From contig JADHWN010000010.1 of the NCBI GenBank assembly GCA_016783455.1, positions 2,913-66,912 of the forward strand: a stretch of 64,000 bases of DNA, read 5' to 3'. The notes beneath the pieces were generated by a model that worked only from the letters and a program-made list of their open reading frames with translations, searched no databases and was not told the origin of the DNA. Both the position numbers and the translations under genes were made by a program. Source of the stretch: Candidatus Bathyarchaeota archaeon (GTDB lineage: Archaea > Thermoproteota > Bathyarchaeia > TCS64). This document shows, in pieces, positions 47,866 through 57,876 of this stretch. Numbering within the stretch: position 1 is the stretch's first letter; each line of letters opens with the position of its first letter.

Positions 47866-47926
47866 TGCTTCTCTTTAAGCTGATTTTTGGATAATTAGAA
47901 AAAAGGATGGGGTAGACCTGGGGGGT

Positions 47927-48751
47927 CTATGCGCTGGCGCTGGTCAGCTGCTCCTCGGGCTCAGGGGCCGGCTGGACCCTGCGTATGCGGGGCCTGAAGG
48001 CGCGTCCCCTCATGGCGAAGGCGTAGTTCTCGCCTTCGACGTTCATACGGCCCTTCATGACGATCCGCAGTGCCCTGGGGCGGGCGCAGTCCTCAGCTGG
48101 GGGTAGGACCTTGCCGACGGCGCCGAAGTAGGATATGCCTTCGCCCTCCAGGGATAGGTAGAACCTGCCCGTATCCTTCTTGTAGAGGGCGTAGCCTTCC
48201 ACCTGGTACCTGGTGCCGTTCTGGCCCACGACGCCCTTCAGGACCTTGTAGAGGTTCCATTCGGGGGTGCTCCAGATGTTCTTGACGACCATCCTCAGGC
48301 CGACGTGGATCCCCTCCGGGGCGGCTTCGGAGACCTCCGGGAGATCGTTCCTCTCCCATGAGAGGCCCCTCGCCACCACGATCCAGACGCCGGGGGTGGG
48401 CGTCCTCTCCTCCTCGGAGATCGCCTCGTACTCGGCCACGAGGGCGTCGATGTCGACGACCTCCACCTCGTCGAGGCTCAGCTCGTAGGCGTCTTCAAGC
48501 ACCGAGATGTCGAAGGCGGCCTGGCTCCCGATCTTCATCTGAGCCTGCAGCCCGTTCCTAACGGCTGACCTGGCCTTCACCTGCGTGGCCTGAGCATACG
48601 CGTTCATCCCTTTGCCTTTAGCCTGCGTTGCCTGCGCATTCTTCGTGTTGGTCCACGCCAGGGCCGGGAGGGCCGTCACCATCAGTGCGGCCACCAGGAC
48701 CAGGGCGAGTACCATCACCGTTTTTCGGGTTGTCATTTCAACCGGCAGCAT
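47927..48751 (-). CDS. hypothetical secreted protein
   Basis: N-terminal TM/signal segment VMVLALVLVAALMVTALPALA, then a short imperfect repeat (NAQATQAKGKG / NAYAQATQVKA). No family recognised. Confidence 0.5.
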   Translation of the reverse strand: MLPVEMTTRKTVMVLALVLVAALMVTALPALAWTNTKNAQATQAKGKGMNAYAQATQVKARSAVRNGLQAQMKIGSQAAFDISVLEDAYELSLDEVEVVDIDALVAEYEAISEEERTPTPGVWIVVARGLSWERNDLPEVSEAAPEGIHVGLRMVVKNIWSTPEWNLYKVLKGVVGQNGTRYQVEGYALYKKDTGRFYLSLEGEGISYFGAVGKVLPPAEDCARPRALRIVMKGRMNVEGENYAFAMRGRAFRPRIRRVQPAPEPEEQLTSASA

Positions 48752-49030
48752 AGATGTCTCGAGTTATACTTCAGGAACCCCGTGGAACCGCTACACCATA
48801 TCTGGAACAGGTGTTTCAGATCCATAACAAAGCCTTGAGGTGCCTTGAAAACCCGGATGAGATGTATTTTCCGCTCCTTAATAATTATTTCAGCCTATGT
48901 TGCGACAGGAGACTACAGTGAAGAGACAATTCCCTCTCTGAATATATCAATAAAATATCGGGCACCGAGGCAACAATCATAAAAATCGAAAGGAGCTATA
49001 ATGTTTATCGTACGATATCGGGTGATTGAG

Positions 49031-49465
49031 ATGGGTAGGCTAGAGGACAAGGCCCTGGAGTTCGCCAGCGAGAAGCACAAGGGGCAGCTGGACGACCAGG
49101 GAAGGCCCTACTTCTTCGCGCACATAGTCCAGGTCCACAGCATCTTGAGGGACGTGACCGATGACGAGGAGGTGCTCTGCGCCGGGATACTCCACGACAC
49201 AATAGAGGACACGGACACCACCTACGAGGAGATCCTCCACGAGTTCAACAGGGAGATCGCTGACCTCGTTCAGGAGCTCACGTTCCAGGGGACCAAGGAG
49301 ACCGGCCGCTACTTCCCCGTTCTCAAGTCGAGGAAGGCCATCATGGTGAAGTTCGCGGACCGCCTAAGCAACCTCTCAAGGATGAGGGACTGGCCCGGCG
49401 ACTGGCAGGAGGACTACCTCCGGCAGAGCTGCTTCTGGGTATCGGAACCGAACCAGAAAGGTTGA
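49031..49465 (+). CDS. stand-alone RelA/SpoT-type HD hydrolase domain protein (small-alarmone-hydrolase-like)
   Basis: KHKGQLDDQGRPYFFAH and AGILHDTIEDTD motifs of the (p)ppGpp-hydrolase HD family. Start taken at ATG 49031. Confidence 0.7.
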   Translation: MGRLEDKALEFASEKHKGQLDDQGRPYFFAHIVQVHSILRDVTDDEEVLCAGILHDTIEDTDTTYEEILHEFNREIADLVQELTFQGTKETGRYFPVLKSRKAIMVKFADRLSNLSRMRDWPGDWQEDYLRQSCFWVSEPNQKG

Positions 49466-49593
49466 GGCTCGGGAGTTTAGGCACGGAACCCCAGACCTCA
49501 ACGACACGAGCGTCAGGGCCTGATCCGCTGCATGTTCCACGCATAGCCATTTAAGCCCATGGCCATCATATTTTTCCTGATAGGATTCTTGAG

Positions 49594-50730
49594 GTGTATC
49601 TCGGATTGGATCCATTCCTGCTAATAGGCTCCGCGGGCAGCGTGGGCCACGATATGATGTACATCATCGCGAGCAAGTACAGCGATATCAGGGTCGTCGG
49701 GGCGGATGTTAACGAGGAGAAGGGGCGCTTCGAGGTCGAGGAGTCCCTCCACGTGGCCCACAACATGGGCAACTACCCCGACCTCAGCTTCCGCAAGATA
49801 GATCTATTCGACGTCCCCGGGACCGCCGAGCTCCTGAAGGAGTTGAGGCCGTCGGTGGTCTGCAATCTCTCATCCCTGGGGTCCTGGTGGATCACCCGGC
49901 TACTCCCCATGGACGTCTACAGGAAGATCTCCCCCATCGGGCCCTGGCTCCCCAACCATCTCACCCTCGCCCACAAGCTCATGGAGGCGGTGAAGAGGTC
50001 GGGGATAGAGACACAGGTGGTGAACGGCGCCTTCCCGGACCTCACGAACGTCGTCCTCAGCAAGGTCGGGCTGGAGCCCGCGTGCGGAGGGGGGAACATG
50101 GACCTCGCCTGCTCAAGGATTAAGAGGATCGTCGCCCGGGAGATGGAGGTGCCCTACAGGAGCGTCACCGTCTACGGCGTCGGCCACCACGGCTCATACT
50201 ACACTACCGGCCTTGAGGGGCCCTACTGTCTCAAGATTATGGTGGACGGGGAGGACGTCTCCCAGAGGTTCCCCAACGAGAAGGTGACGAGGGTCTACAA
50301 CGAGGCTGGTTACGCCGCCAAGGCCCAGTACACGGGGCCCTTGGTGGATCAGATGAGGACCGCCGCGTCCTTCCTGAAGCACGTTTTGGCCATCTACTTC
50401 GACACAGGCGAGGTCTGCTCATGCGTTGCTGGTCCGCAGGGGTTGCCCGGTGCCTACCCGGCGCGGCTGAGCGCGGAGGGGGCGGAGGTGGTGCTCCCGG
50501 GGTTATCCCTGGAGGAGGCGGTGGAGATAAACAGGGCCGGTGCTAGGCTGGATGGCATCGAGAGGGTGAAGGACGATGGGACCGTGGTCTTCGTCGAGGA
50601 GAACGTGGAGCTGATGCGGGAGGTCGTGGGGTACGAGTGCGAGGAGCTCAAGGTCTCCGAGTCCGAGGAGAGGGCCAGGGAGCTCAACGCCAAGCTGAGG
50701 AAGCTCTACGAGAAGTACAAGGTCTCATAG
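49594..50730 (+). CDS. Rossmann-fold protein, saccharopine-dehydrogenase-like (uncertain)
   Basis: LLIGSAGSVG dinucleotide-binding start, 378 aa. GTG start. Family assignment is tentative. Confidence 0.5.
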   Translation: MYLGLDPFLLIGSAGSVGHDMMYIIASKYSDIRVVGADVNEEKGRFEVEESLHVAHNMGNYPDLSFRKIDLFDVPGTAELLKELRPSVVCNLSSLGSWWITRLLPMDVYRKISPIGPWLPNHLTLAHKLMEAVKRSGIETQVVNGAFPDLTNVVLSKVGLEPACGGGNMDLACSRIKRIVAREMEVPYRSVTVYGVGHHGSYYTTGLEGPYCLKIMVDGEDVSQRFPNEKVTRVYNEAGYAAKAQYTGPLVDQMRTAASFLKHVLAIYFDTGEVCSCVAGPQGLPGAYPARLSAEGAEVVLPGLSLEEAVEINRAGARLDGIERVKDDGTVVFVEENVELMREVVGYECEELKVSESEERARELNAKLRKLYEKYKVS

Positions 50731-50794
50731 ACACGCCGAGCTATCGCACCAATGAGAAACAGATGCGGACAGTATACCTCGTTTAATCAAATAT

Positions 50795-52018
50795 CTAGCC
50801 CCGTTTCTTTTCTGTTGGGTCTCTCGTCAGGAGCTGGAACAACAGCGAGGCCGCGACCCCGGCTCCCCCCAGGACGACCCCCAGCACGTTGTAGTCATAC
50901 CAGAGGAGCATCAGCCCGCCGAGGCCAGCCCCGAGGGCGACACCCATGTTATCGATCGCCGAGCTGATTGACATCATGGTCCCCCTGTACGATGGGATCT
51001 GCTCCATGGTCAGGCTGCTTGACGATGACGACCTAACACCTGTGAAAAGGCTCGCCACGTAGGCTAGGAATATGGAAGCCCAGATATCTAGGACGTTGTA
51101 GTAGAGCAGCGTGAAGGCTCCCGCCAGGATACTCGTGATGACGGTGACCCTCTTCCTCCCGAACCTGTTGACGAACCTACCGCTGACGAGGCTCCCCACT
51201 GTGTAGCTGAGGGCCCCCCCGATGATGTACATGGAGGCGAACCCGGTGGAGACCTGAAACCTCTGCCTCATGAATGAGGCGCTGTAGAAGACGACGGCCT
51301 GCCAGCACGCCGCGTTCAGGGCTGAGCCCAATAGGCATGCGACCGCAGAGCTGTTCATCAGGACGTCCCTGAATCCTTCGACGAATCCTCTCCCTCCAGT
51401 GGATGTCCCCTCCCCAGATGGATTGGAGGGGAGCCCCAGGTACGACAGCAGCGTGCCTAGGAGGACGATGGGGAGCACGAAGCCCAGGAAGGCAGTGCGC
51501 CATCCGCCGTAGCCAGCGATGAGGATTATGCTTGGGGCCCCGATGACGAAGGAGAGGGCTCCGCCCGCCAAGAGGTAGCCGATCACGGTAGCCCTCTCGG
51601 AGAGGGGGTAGAGCTCACCGACCATCGTGGTGGTCATGGGTATCACCATGGAGGCCCCGAGGCCACCCATGGCGTAGAACGCCACCATTAGGGAGAACTG
51701 GGGTGAAAAGGCGCAGCCTACCGCGGAGAGGGTGAAAAGGGACATCCCTATGAGCATGAGGGGCTTGGGCCTGAACCGTATACTCAGAAACCCCATGAGC
51801 AGGGCTGCGACGAAGGCCGCGACGGAGGAGACGGTGGATATCTGCCCCGTGGCTCCCACGCTCTGCCCGAAGGTCGCCCCGATCTCGATGAGGAGGAGGC
51901 TTATGAGGAGGGAGGGGGCCCCCAGGGCGAAACGGGTGACCACGAGGGATGGGAGTACGAGCCTGCTCCTCCTGGGGTTATCGCTGACAACGCCGCCGTC
52001 CTCGTCCAACCTGATCAC
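50795..52018 (-). CDS. MFS transporter
   Basis: 407 aa, about 12 TM segments. Confidence 0.85.
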   Translation of the reverse strand: MIRLDEDGGVVSDNPRRSRLVLPSLVVTRFALGAPSLLISLLLIEIGATFGQSVGATGQISTVSSVAAFVAALLMGFLSIRFRPKPLMLIGMSLFTLSAVGCAFSPQFSLMVAFYAMGGLGASMVIPMTTTMVGELYPLSERATVIGYLLAGGALSFVIGAPSIILIAGYGGWRTAFLGFVLPIVLLGTLLSYLGLPSNPSGEGTSTGGRGFVEGFRDVLMNSSAVACLLGSALNAACWQAVVFYSASFMRQRFQVSTGFASMYIIGGALSYTVGSLVSGRFVNRFGRKRVTVITSILAGAFTLLYYNVLDIWASIFLAYVASLFTGVRSSSSSSLTMEQIPSYRGTMMSISSAIDNMGVALGAGLGGLMLLWYDYNVLGVVLGGAGVAASLLFQLLTRDPTEKKRG

Positions 52019-52177
52019 CGTTCAATAAATTGATGAAGAGAAATCGGGGGAATGAGCATGGAACCCTAGGGGGACCTACAAGTATATAATTGTTGAAATA
52101 CGTGTGCTCGTTTTCTCCTCCTTGAAAGCTGCTCTGGAGTATGGTCTACAGCCTAAGGAAATAATGGGGTGGATGTG

Positions 52178-52378
52178 TCACCGCTTGTACAGCGAGTTCC
52201 CTACTATGAGTAACCCCAACGCGATTACGAGGTAGGGCCACAGGGTATCCCAGTTAAGCCATGCGTAGGCGCCCCCGAACAGCTCGATGAGCCCCGCGAA
52301 TATTATCAGGACCCCGATAATGAGGGGCCAGACTGTGGAGCTCCTCCTGCCAAAGCAGATGTCTCTGTCCGAACTCAT
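52178..52378 (-). CDS. small two-TM membrane protein, hypothetical
   Basis: 66 aa with two clear hydrophobic helices. No homology recognised. Confidence 0.4.
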   Translation of the reverse strand: MSSDRDICFGRRSSTVWPLIIGVLIIFAGLIELFGGAYAWLNWDTLWPYLVIALGLLIVGNSLYKR

Positions 52379-52504
52379 TTCAAGTCACATATCTTGATCC
52401 ACTGGCGGTATTAAAACGGTGATGTCCAAGAGGGGTGGCTTCAGAAATGGTGATATAGGGCCCCTTTTCCCATATATTGACCTTAAGGTTGTGTTCTTAG
52501 AAGC

Positions 52505-53782
52505 GTGTCGTTCCTCAAGGTGATGCGTGAGACCTTCTCCAATAGGAACATAGTAGTCGTCACCATAAGTCAGACACTCTTCATGTTCACCGCCTTCCTC
52601 TGGTGGCCCTACAGAAGCCTCTACATCTTGGAGCTCGGGGGGACGAAGGAGCAGCTGGGGCTCCTCCTGATGCTGGAGACTATCTCGGGGATAGTGTTCC
52701 AGCTCCCCGGAGGGATACTGGCCGACAGGCTGGGGAGGAGGAAGCTCCTGGTCGTTAGCTCCGGCATAAGGATGCTCTCCCCCATCGTCTTCCTGTACTC
52801 GGCTAGCTGGGTCCACACGGCCCCCGGCTTCATCCTCACCTCGGCTGGGATGCTGGGGTTGCCGGCCATGAACGCGTTGATAGCGGAGTCCATCCCCCCG
52901 GAGCGCAGGGGCTCCGGGATCGCCATGTACCGCACTGTGACCTCCATCCCCATGATCGTTACAAGCCTCATGGGCGGCGTCATCATGGACTACTTCGGGG
53001 TCATCCAGGGATGCAGGTACGTCCTCATCGCCTCCGCAGTGGTCTCCCTCTTCTCCATAGCGATAAGATGGCGGTACATTGAGGAGACCCTTGAGCCGAC
53101 CAGGGTCAGGAGGCGCCCGGAGGAGCCCAAGAAGGGCTTCATACAGGAGCTTGGGAGCATGCCCAGGGACGTCTGGGTCCTCACGGGCGTAGCCGCCATC
53201 AGCGCCTTCGCCATGAGGCTCATGATGTCCTTCATGGTAGTCTACGGCATCGAGGTGGTGGGCCTCACTGCGACTCAGTGGGGCCTAATCGGGACGGGGG
53301 CGAGCATCATAACCACGCTGCTGACCACACCGAGCGGAATGATGGGCGACCGGATAGGCAGGAAGCCCATAATCATGACCTCCCGTATCCTGGCATCGTT
53401 CTCCACAGTAGGATACACCTTCTCCCAAGGCTTCTGGCACATCGCCGCAGTGAGGGGGTTAGGAGCCACGGCCAGCGGCCTAGGTGGGGCGATGTGGGGG
53501 CCCATGGGCGGCCCGGTCTGGCAGGCCCTGGTGGCGGACCTCACGCCCCCGGAGGAGAGGGCCCGTATGATGGGGCTCATGGGGACCATAAGCAGCCTGG
53601 CCAGCACGCCGGCCTCGTGGGCGGGTGGCTACATGTACGACAACATCTCCCCCGCCCTGCCCTTCAGGGTGAGCTTCGTCATCGACATGATAGGCACGGC
53701 CCTGCTCATCGTCCTCTACAAGGAGAAGAAAAAGCGACCCCCTCCGGATATCGAAGTGAAGGTCCCCACCGATAAAGCCTAA
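52505..53782 (+). CDS. MFS transporter
   Basis: 425 aa. FQLPGGILADRLGRRK loop motif. Paralogue of 57877..59169. Confidence 0.85.
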   Translation: MSFLKVMRETFSNRNIVVVTISQTLFMFTAFLWWPYRSLYILELGGTKEQLGLLLMLETISGIVFQLPGGILADRLGRRKLLVVSSGIRMLSPIVFLYSASWVHTAPGFILTSAGMLGLPAMNALIAESIPPERRGSGIAMYRTVTSIPMIVTSLMGGVIMDYFGVIQGCRYVLIASAVVSLFSIAIRWRYIEETLEPTRVRRRPEEPKKGFIQELGSMPRDVWVLTGVAAISAFAMRLMMSFMVVYGIEVVGLTATQWGLIGTGASIITTLLTTPSGMMGDRIGRKPIIMTSRILASFSTVGYTFSQGFWHIAAVRGLGATASGLGGAMWGPMGGPVWQALVADLTPPEERARMMGLMGTISSLASTPASWAGGYMYDNISPALPFRVSFVIDMIGTALLIVLYKEKKKRPPPDIEVKVPTDKA

Positions 53783-53818
53783 AGCCCTCATCCTCCGCTA
53801 TGAGGGTAGGGATATATT

Positions 53819-54799
53819 ATGGTCTCAGTCGGCATCTCGGGGATGGGCTCCTACGTGCCCCCCAAGGTTCTCACCAACGACGACATAGCCAAGATCGTTG
53901 ACACCAGCGACGAGTGGATCACCTCCCGGATCGGCATCAAGGAGAGGAGGGTGGTGGAGGGGGATGTCTGCACCTCCGATCTGGCGGTTCTCGCCTCGGA
54001 AAGGGCTCTGGAGGACGCCGGCATCAATGCGGAGGACGTTGACATGATAGTCCTCGCCACCAGCTCCCCGGACGTCCCCATGTCGTCCACGGCGGGGATC
54101 CTGCAGGGGAAGCTGGGAGCCGTGAACGCCGGGGCCTTCGACCTAGCAGCCGTTTGTACAGGTTTCGTCTACGCACTGGACGTCGGGGCCAAGTATGCCG
54201 CTGACCCCGACTACGAGAACGTCCTCGTGGTAGGGGCCGAGGTCTACTCGAAGATCCTCAACTGGGAGGACAGGACCACATGTGTCTTCTTCGGTGATGG
54301 TGCCGGGGCCGCGGTGGTGTCTAAATGCGAAGAAGGGAGGGGTATCCTAGCGAGCTACCTGAAGGCTGATGGCAGGGGGGCTGAGGTGATAGAGATCCCT
54401 GCAGGGGGTACTAAAAGGCCCATCAGCCATGAGGCCATCGACGAGGGGTTGCAGTATTTCCACATGGACGGGAGGGCTGTCTGGGACTTCGCCATCGTGG
54501 CCCTGCCGGAGGCGGTGAGGGAGGTCCTGGCGAGGTGCGGTAGGACCCTGGACGAGGTTGACATGGTGATCAGTCACCAGTCCAACGTCAACATCATCAC
54601 CACGGGTATGGAGGCCCTGGGGCTGCCCATGGAGAAGACCTACACCAACCTCCAGAGGTACGGGAACATGGCAGGGGCCTCGATACCCGTTGCGCTCCAC
54701 GAGGCGGTCCAGGAGGAGAAGATTAAGTCAGGAGACCTCGTGGTCACGGTGGGCTACGGCGGGGGCCTCGCCTGGGGCGCCAATGCCATGATCTGGTAA
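53819..54799 (+). CDS. beta-ketoacyl synthase III (FabH)-like thiolase-fold enzyme
   Basis: AAVCTGFVYAL (Cys), SHQSNVNI (His) and GNMAGASIP (Asn) form the catalytic triad pattern. 326 aa. Confidence 0.85.
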   Translation: MVSVGISGMGSYVPPKVLTNDDIAKIVDTSDEWITSRIGIKERRVVEGDVCTSDLAVLASERALEDAGINAEDVDMIVLATSSPDVPMSSTAGILQGKLGAVNAGAFDLAAVCTGFVYALDVGAKYAADPDYENVLVVGAEVYSKILNWEDRTTCVFFGDGAGAAVVSKCEEGRGILASYLKADGRGAEVIEIPAGGTKRPISHEAIDEGLQYFHMDGRAVWDFAIVALPEAVREVLARCGRTLDEVDMVISHQSNVNIITTGMEALGLPMEKTYTNLQRYGNMAGASIPVALHEAVQEEKIKSGDLVVTVGYGGGLAWGANAMIW

Positions 54800-54905
54800 A
54801 ACGGATACTGGAACCTCAGTCTCGCATGCGCGATCCTTTACTGCAGTCGATCCCCTTGAATCAGAGTCCTTAATATCTCACCACCTGCATAAGAGGATAG
54901 TAAAA

Positions 54906-55976
54906 ATGAGTAAATCTTCAGGGCTTGGCTTTGGCGGGTTCCTCGTCGGCTTGGGAGCCGGCTACGTGGTCTTCCAGACCATGGAGTTAACCCGGAACCT
55001 CTTCGCCTGGCTGCTGATCATTGCAGGTGCTGGGGTGGTCGCCTCCTCTCTGCTCCAGAGGATGAGCCCCGGAATGAGATTCGGGGGCCTCGTGAACGGA
55101 GTAGTGGGGGGCCTGATACTGTCCCTCATGATCACGTCGGGCTTCAGCTTCTTCACGGGCTTAGGAATAAATGGCACATGGGGGGATTACAGGGCTGAGG
55201 AGACGTTCCCCTTCGACGGTATCGTCACTGCTGACGACATCAGCCTCGAGATCTCAACGTTCAACGGCTACATACGCGTGTACACGTGGGACAGGGCCGA
55301 GTACAGCATAGACCTCACGGTGAGGGCCAGGGGCAACACTGACAAGGACGCCGAGGACAACATAGACGACTTCGATGTGGACTTCGACGAGAGCATGGTC
55401 GGAGGGCAGCTGAACCTCGTCCTAGAGCACAACGTCCCTGCCACCAAGACAAACCTCTACTCGCTGCTGGTCGAGGTCCACGTCCCAGCGGACGCCACCT
55501 ACAACACAGACCTCACCGCGAGCAACGGAGCTATCAGCCTCAACAACATGGTGGGAGACGTCCTCAGGCTGACGACGTCGAACGGGGAGCTCTCCTTTGA
55601 GAACGTCGTCGCCGAGAGGATAGTGGCCGTGACGAGCAACGCCCAGATCAGGGGCGACTTGGAGGCTCCGGACACGACCCTGACAACTAGCAACGGGAAG
55701 ATCGACCTGGACCTTCCATGCACCGTATCGGGCACATACGACCTCGACACGAGCAACGCGGCAGTTGAACTAGACGTCTCAGCTGCAGCTGACGTCGGCT
55801 ACTCCATCGACATGTCGACGAGTAACGCCAGCGTCGACCTGCGCCTCGACGACCTGGAGTACACGACGAACGAGAGGACCCGGAAGAAGGCCAAGACGAC
55901 AGGCTTCGACGACAAGGACGTGCAGATAACAATCACCAGCAGCACTTCGAACGGCAGCGTAGACGTATTCGACTAG
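54906..55976 (+). CDS. DUF4097-like beta-helical membrane-anchored protein
   Basis: N-terminal TM helices followed by reiterated TSNG/TSNA-containing beta-strand repeats. Confidence 0.65.
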   Translation: MSKSSGLGFGGFLVGLGAGYVVFQTMELTRNLFAWLLIIAGAGVVASSLLQRMSPGMRFGGLVNGVVGGLILSLMITSGFSFFTGLGINGTWGDYRAEETFPFDGIVTADDISLEISTFNGYIRVYTWDRAEYSIDLTVRARGNTDKDAEDNIDDFDVDFDESMVGGQLNLVLEHNVPATKTNLYSLLVEVHVPADATYNTDLTASNGAISLNNMVGDVLRLTTSNGELSFENVVAERIVAVTSNAQIRGDLEAPDTTLTTSNGKIDLDLPCTVSGTYDLDTSNAAVELDVSAAADVGYSIDMSTSNASVDLRLDDLEYTTNERTRKKAKTTGFDDKDVQITITSSTSNGSVDVFD

Positions 55977-56120
55977 CCTACATCCTTCCATTTTTAATTC
56001 AAACGACCGCTTTTTCAGCTCTCTCCATGTCGTTGCCGGACCTTTTCTGTTTTACAGCCCGTTCTCCGCTCACGGACAACCTTAATTGGTTATTCCAGCA
56101 TAATAGAGCCGGGATATAGG

Positions 56121-56423
56121 ATGACTAAGATTAAGATCACGGTCCTGAAGAGGACCGATCCGGACGAGCTATTCGACGAGTACCCGGTCAACAAGAAGGA
56201 CTGGATGGTCCCCTGCGGCGTCTACACGGACGGCCAGGAGTACATCCTCGACAGCCCCAGCATGCCCGAGGGCTTCTGCGGCTCAGCCTGGCAGACCATC
56301 TACCCCAACGTGAGGACCATCTTCTACGGCGGAGACCTCCCATTCTTCGACGAGAAGGGCACTGCCGTCACCTGCTGCGCCGACGGCATGAGACCGGTCC
56401 TCTTCAAGGTTGAGCGGATCTAG
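56121..56423 (+). CDS. TIGR04076-like small protein
   Basis: 100 aa. KITVLKR.., CGVY.., FCGSAW.. and VTCC pattern recalled for this family. The call is from memory only. Confidence 0.55.
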   Translation: MTKIKITVLKRTDPDELFDEYPVNKKDWMVPCGVYTDGQEYILDSPSMPEGFCGSAWQTIYPNVRTIFYGGDLPFFDEKGTAVTCCADGMRPVLFKVERI

Positions 56424-57148
56424 AGGGAGTACGACTCCCCGGGCCCCTTGATGGGCCAGAACCCGACGTCCGGGGCGTGCTCCTCGAGCACCACCTTCAT
56501 TTTTTCGTTTATCTTATAATCGCCGAAGGAGTGCATGGGCACCAGCAGGCGGGGCTTCATCGTCTTAGCGAAGATGAGGGTGCCCCCCTCCCCTAGCCCC
56601 TCCAGACGGGGGTCGCAGAGCATGAACGCTATGTCCACGGGCTGGCTCCTGTCGATGACGAAGAGGACTTCGACGTATGCCTCGTCGGGCATCGTCCCCT
56701 GCCAGTTCCAGAAGGCGTTGTCCCCGGCGTGGTAGACGTGCTTGTCGCCGACGAAGACAGAGTAGGCGACCCCGGCGTCCGTGGCTGGGTAGGACTTAAC
56801 CCGTACACCGTCGAGGTCGACCTCCTGGAAAGGGTCCAGGCTTATCGCCTCGAGTGGGACCCCCCTGATGTCCGAGGACATGATGTAGGTTATGTCGTCG
56901 ACGGCCTTCTCCCAGTCGAAGACGACCCTGTTGTAGTGGTCGGGGTGGCTGTGGGAGTTGAGGACGTAGGTCTCCTCGTCGGCGATCTCCTCGGGGTCGA
57001 TGAAGCCCTGGGCCAGGCCCTGCCCCTGCCTATCGGACTCGGGCATATAGTAGTCGAAGATGAAGAGCTTCCCGTCGAGCTTCAGGGAGAAGCTGCTGTG
57101 GGCGAGGTGCCAGATGGTGTTGTCCTTGAGCGTCATGATTTCAGTCAA
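56420..57148 (-). CDS. MBL-fold metallo-hydrolase
   Basis: LNSHSHPDH (HxHxDH) motif, 242 aa. Convergent 4-nt overlap with the preceding gene. Confidence 0.8.
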   Translation of the reverse strand: MTEIMTLKDNTIWHLAHSSFSLKLDGKLFIFDYYMPESDRQGQGLAQGFIDPEEIADEETYVLNSHSHPDHYNRVVFDWEKAVDDITYIMSSDIRGVPLEAISLDPFQEVDLDGVRVKSYPATDAGVAYSVFVGDKHVYHAGDNAFWNWQGTMPDEAYVEVLFVIDRSQPVDIAFMLCDPRLEGLGEGGTLIFAKTMKPRLLVPMHSFGDYKINEKMKVVLEEHAPDVGFWPIKGPGESYSL

Positions 57149-57228
57149 AGACTGCTTTGGTTGGGCTTATAATCCTTCTGAAGATCTCCTCTCCAATGTG
57201 GTTTCTACACCCCTGTCAAAAAATTAGC

Positions 57229-57856
57229 TTTATTCAAGACTGAGGCTGTACAAGTCGATCTTGCAGTACTCCTCGAAGCCTCGCCGCCTGTAGATGTTGA
57301 CCCCCATCGGAGATGATTGCAGGACGCCTACCTTGAGCCCCATACCTCCTGCCTCCCTTGGGGCGTGGAGGGTGATGGCAGTCCCAATCCCCCTGCCGCG
57401 AGCCTCGGGGTCTGTCGAGACGCAGTGGATGCACGCGACTCCTAGGGCTGGTATAAGGTTCGAGGTGGAGACAGGCTTCCCGTAGAGGTATCCCTATACC
57501 TGCACCTTGGGATGGAGGGGTCGGCGCTCAGGTCCATCTGTAGGAACCTCTGCGTGTGCTCTCCTAGCATGAACGCTGGGTAGAGGACGTCGGCGTGCTC
57601 CCTGATCATCTCCTCGTCGAGGACGGGCACTACGGTGAAGTCCTCAGGTCATGGGGCATCCTCTTTTTAGGAAGTGGAGCTCGACCGCTATACACGGAAG
57701 CTGGACAAGGAAGGAGAGGCCATGAGCCTCAAGGCGGCTCCCGAGGTCCCGGGGACGGGTTATAGGACCCACCCACCAGGACATCGTGATGCTATGGCCC
57801 CTGAAGTAGGAGATGAGCTCATCGCGCGCGTAAGGACGATGACACTCGCACCACAC
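57229..57856 (-). pseudogene. GNAT-family N-acetyltransferase, frame-disrupted and probably 5'-truncated
   Basis: Three colinear pieces. WWVGPITRPRDLGSRLEAHGLSF runs to TGA at 57644 (frame X). PEDFTVVPVLDEEMIREH...DPSIPRCRY follows in frame X+1. GYLYGKPVSTSN..VSTDPEARGRGIGTAIT..NIYRRRGFEEY returns to frame X and ends at TAA 57229. Confidence 0.65.
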
Positions 57857-57876
57857 TCATGTGCGTGAGATGAAAA

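Noticed and set aside
57487-57489. In-frame TAG in the GNAT gene as a pyrrolysine codon.
   Set aside because: TAG is used as an ordinary stop in this window (for example 483-485 and 4625-4627). The TAG coincides with a frame change that a single G insertion removes. No pyl genes were seen.
57644-57646. In-frame TGA in the GNAT gene as selenocysteine.
   Set aside because: It coincides with a frame switch. There is no reason for Sec in a GNAT, and I could not identify a SECIS-like structure or any Sec machinery in the window.
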